Below are positions 62,851 to 64,000 of a stretch of DNA of 64,000 bases, in pieces. The position numbers and the translations under genes are program-made. The first letter of the stretch is position 1. Each line of letters starts with the position of its first letter. Source of the stretch: Cetorhinus maximus (lineage: Eukaryota); NCBI RefSeq assembly GCF_964194155.1, contig NC_135903.1:33914001-33978000 (forward strand), written 5' to 3'. The notes beneath the pieces are model-generated. The model made no database searches. It saw only the letters and a program-made list of their open reading frames with translations, and had not been told where the DNA came from.

Positions 62851-64000
62851 GATCTGGAAGTCCAGAAGTACTACAGATACAGGATCCCCATTGTCCACTT
62901 TGCTTGTCACATCTTCAAAGAACTCATTACTACTTCCTTACTAATGGATTTCAACAATTTCCCAATGACAGACATTAAACTAACTGCTTTATAATTTTCT
63001 ACTTTCTGCCTCCCCCCCCCCCACCTTTTTGAATAAGGGCATTATATTAGCATTTTTCCAATCCACTGGAATCTTTCCAGAATCCAGGGAATTTTGGAAT
63101 ATTATTACCAATGCACCCACTATCTCCATTTCCACTTCCTTTAACACCCTGTGATGTAGGCCATCAGGTCCTGGGGGCTTGTCACCCTTTAATCCCAATA
63201 GTTTTCTCAGTGCTTTTTCTCGAGAGATGGTGATGGTTCTAAGGTCCTCCATTTCTATACCCTCTGCACTACTTATTATTGGGGTGGTGCTAGTGTCCTC
63301 CACCATGAAAACTGAGGCAAAATATTGATTAAGCGTCTCTGCCATTTCTGCGTTCCCCCCTATTAACTCCCCAGTCTCATCCTCCAAGGGACCAACATTC
63401 AGTTTAGCTACTCTCTTTCCTTTTATATAATTGTAGAAGCTTTTGCTATCAGTTTTTACATTTTGCGCTAGTTTTCTTTCATAATTTACCTTTGCACGTT
63501 TTTTAATCATTTTTTAGTAACGCTTTGTTGATCTTTAAAAGTTTCCCAATCTTCCAGCCTGCCACTGACCTTTGCAATTTTGTATGCCTTAGATTTTACC
63601 CTTATGTTACTTTTAACTTCCTTGCTTAGCCATGGATGCTTTTTCCCCCTCTTACCATCTTCCTTCCTCAATAGAATATATTTTCCTTGGGAGGTATTGA
63701 ATATCCCCTTAAATATCTGCCATTGTTCATCAACTGTCCTACCTTGTAGTCTTCCTGCCCCAGTCCACTAGGCCCAAAACTGCTCTCATGCCTATGTAGT
63801 TCCCTTTGTTAAACTCCAGAACACTAGTGTGGGACTCAGGTTTCTTGCTCTCAAACTGAACTTGAAATTCTAGCATGCTATGATCACTCTTCCCTAGAGG
63901 ATCCTTTACTCAGAGATCATTAATTAATCCCATCTCATTACACAAAACAAAATCCATAACAGCCTGCTGCCTGGTTGGTTCCACAACATATTGCTCCAAG
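62851..64000 (-). mobile_element. CR1 LINE fragment, second copy, running off the window end
   Basis: Minus-strand ORF 62989-63510 (KTDSKSFYNYIKGKR..MAETLNQYFASVF..KPPGPDGLHHRVLKE). Confidence 0.88.

Overview
This is vertebrate (non-mammalian) genomic DNA, most likely from a cartilaginous fish. That assignment is inferred from the four-exon, four-cysteine type I interferon architecture and the CR1/SINE landscape. Positions ~5.9-57.2 kb are a tandem array of spliced type I interferon (IFN-I) genes on the + strand, which the ORF track misses because of splicing. There are five complete four-exon genes encoding ~186-aa precursors (signal peptide, 4 Cys, CAWE motif, AU-rich 3'UTR) and two headless exon3-exon4 half-copies. 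The most unusual feature is that three units carry two near-identical signal-peptide first exons (1A, 1B). Each sits behind its own paralogous promoter: A has NF-kB plus IRF motifs, while B keeps essentially only the IRF motif. Two other units have collapsed to promoter A fused onto the intron that follows exon 1B. Flanks and introns hold decayed CR1/L2/Tx1-like LINE fragments, tRNA-type SINEs, and a Gypsy relic with integrase upstream of RT (Gmr1-like order). All gene models were spliced by eye; no expression data or database searches were available.
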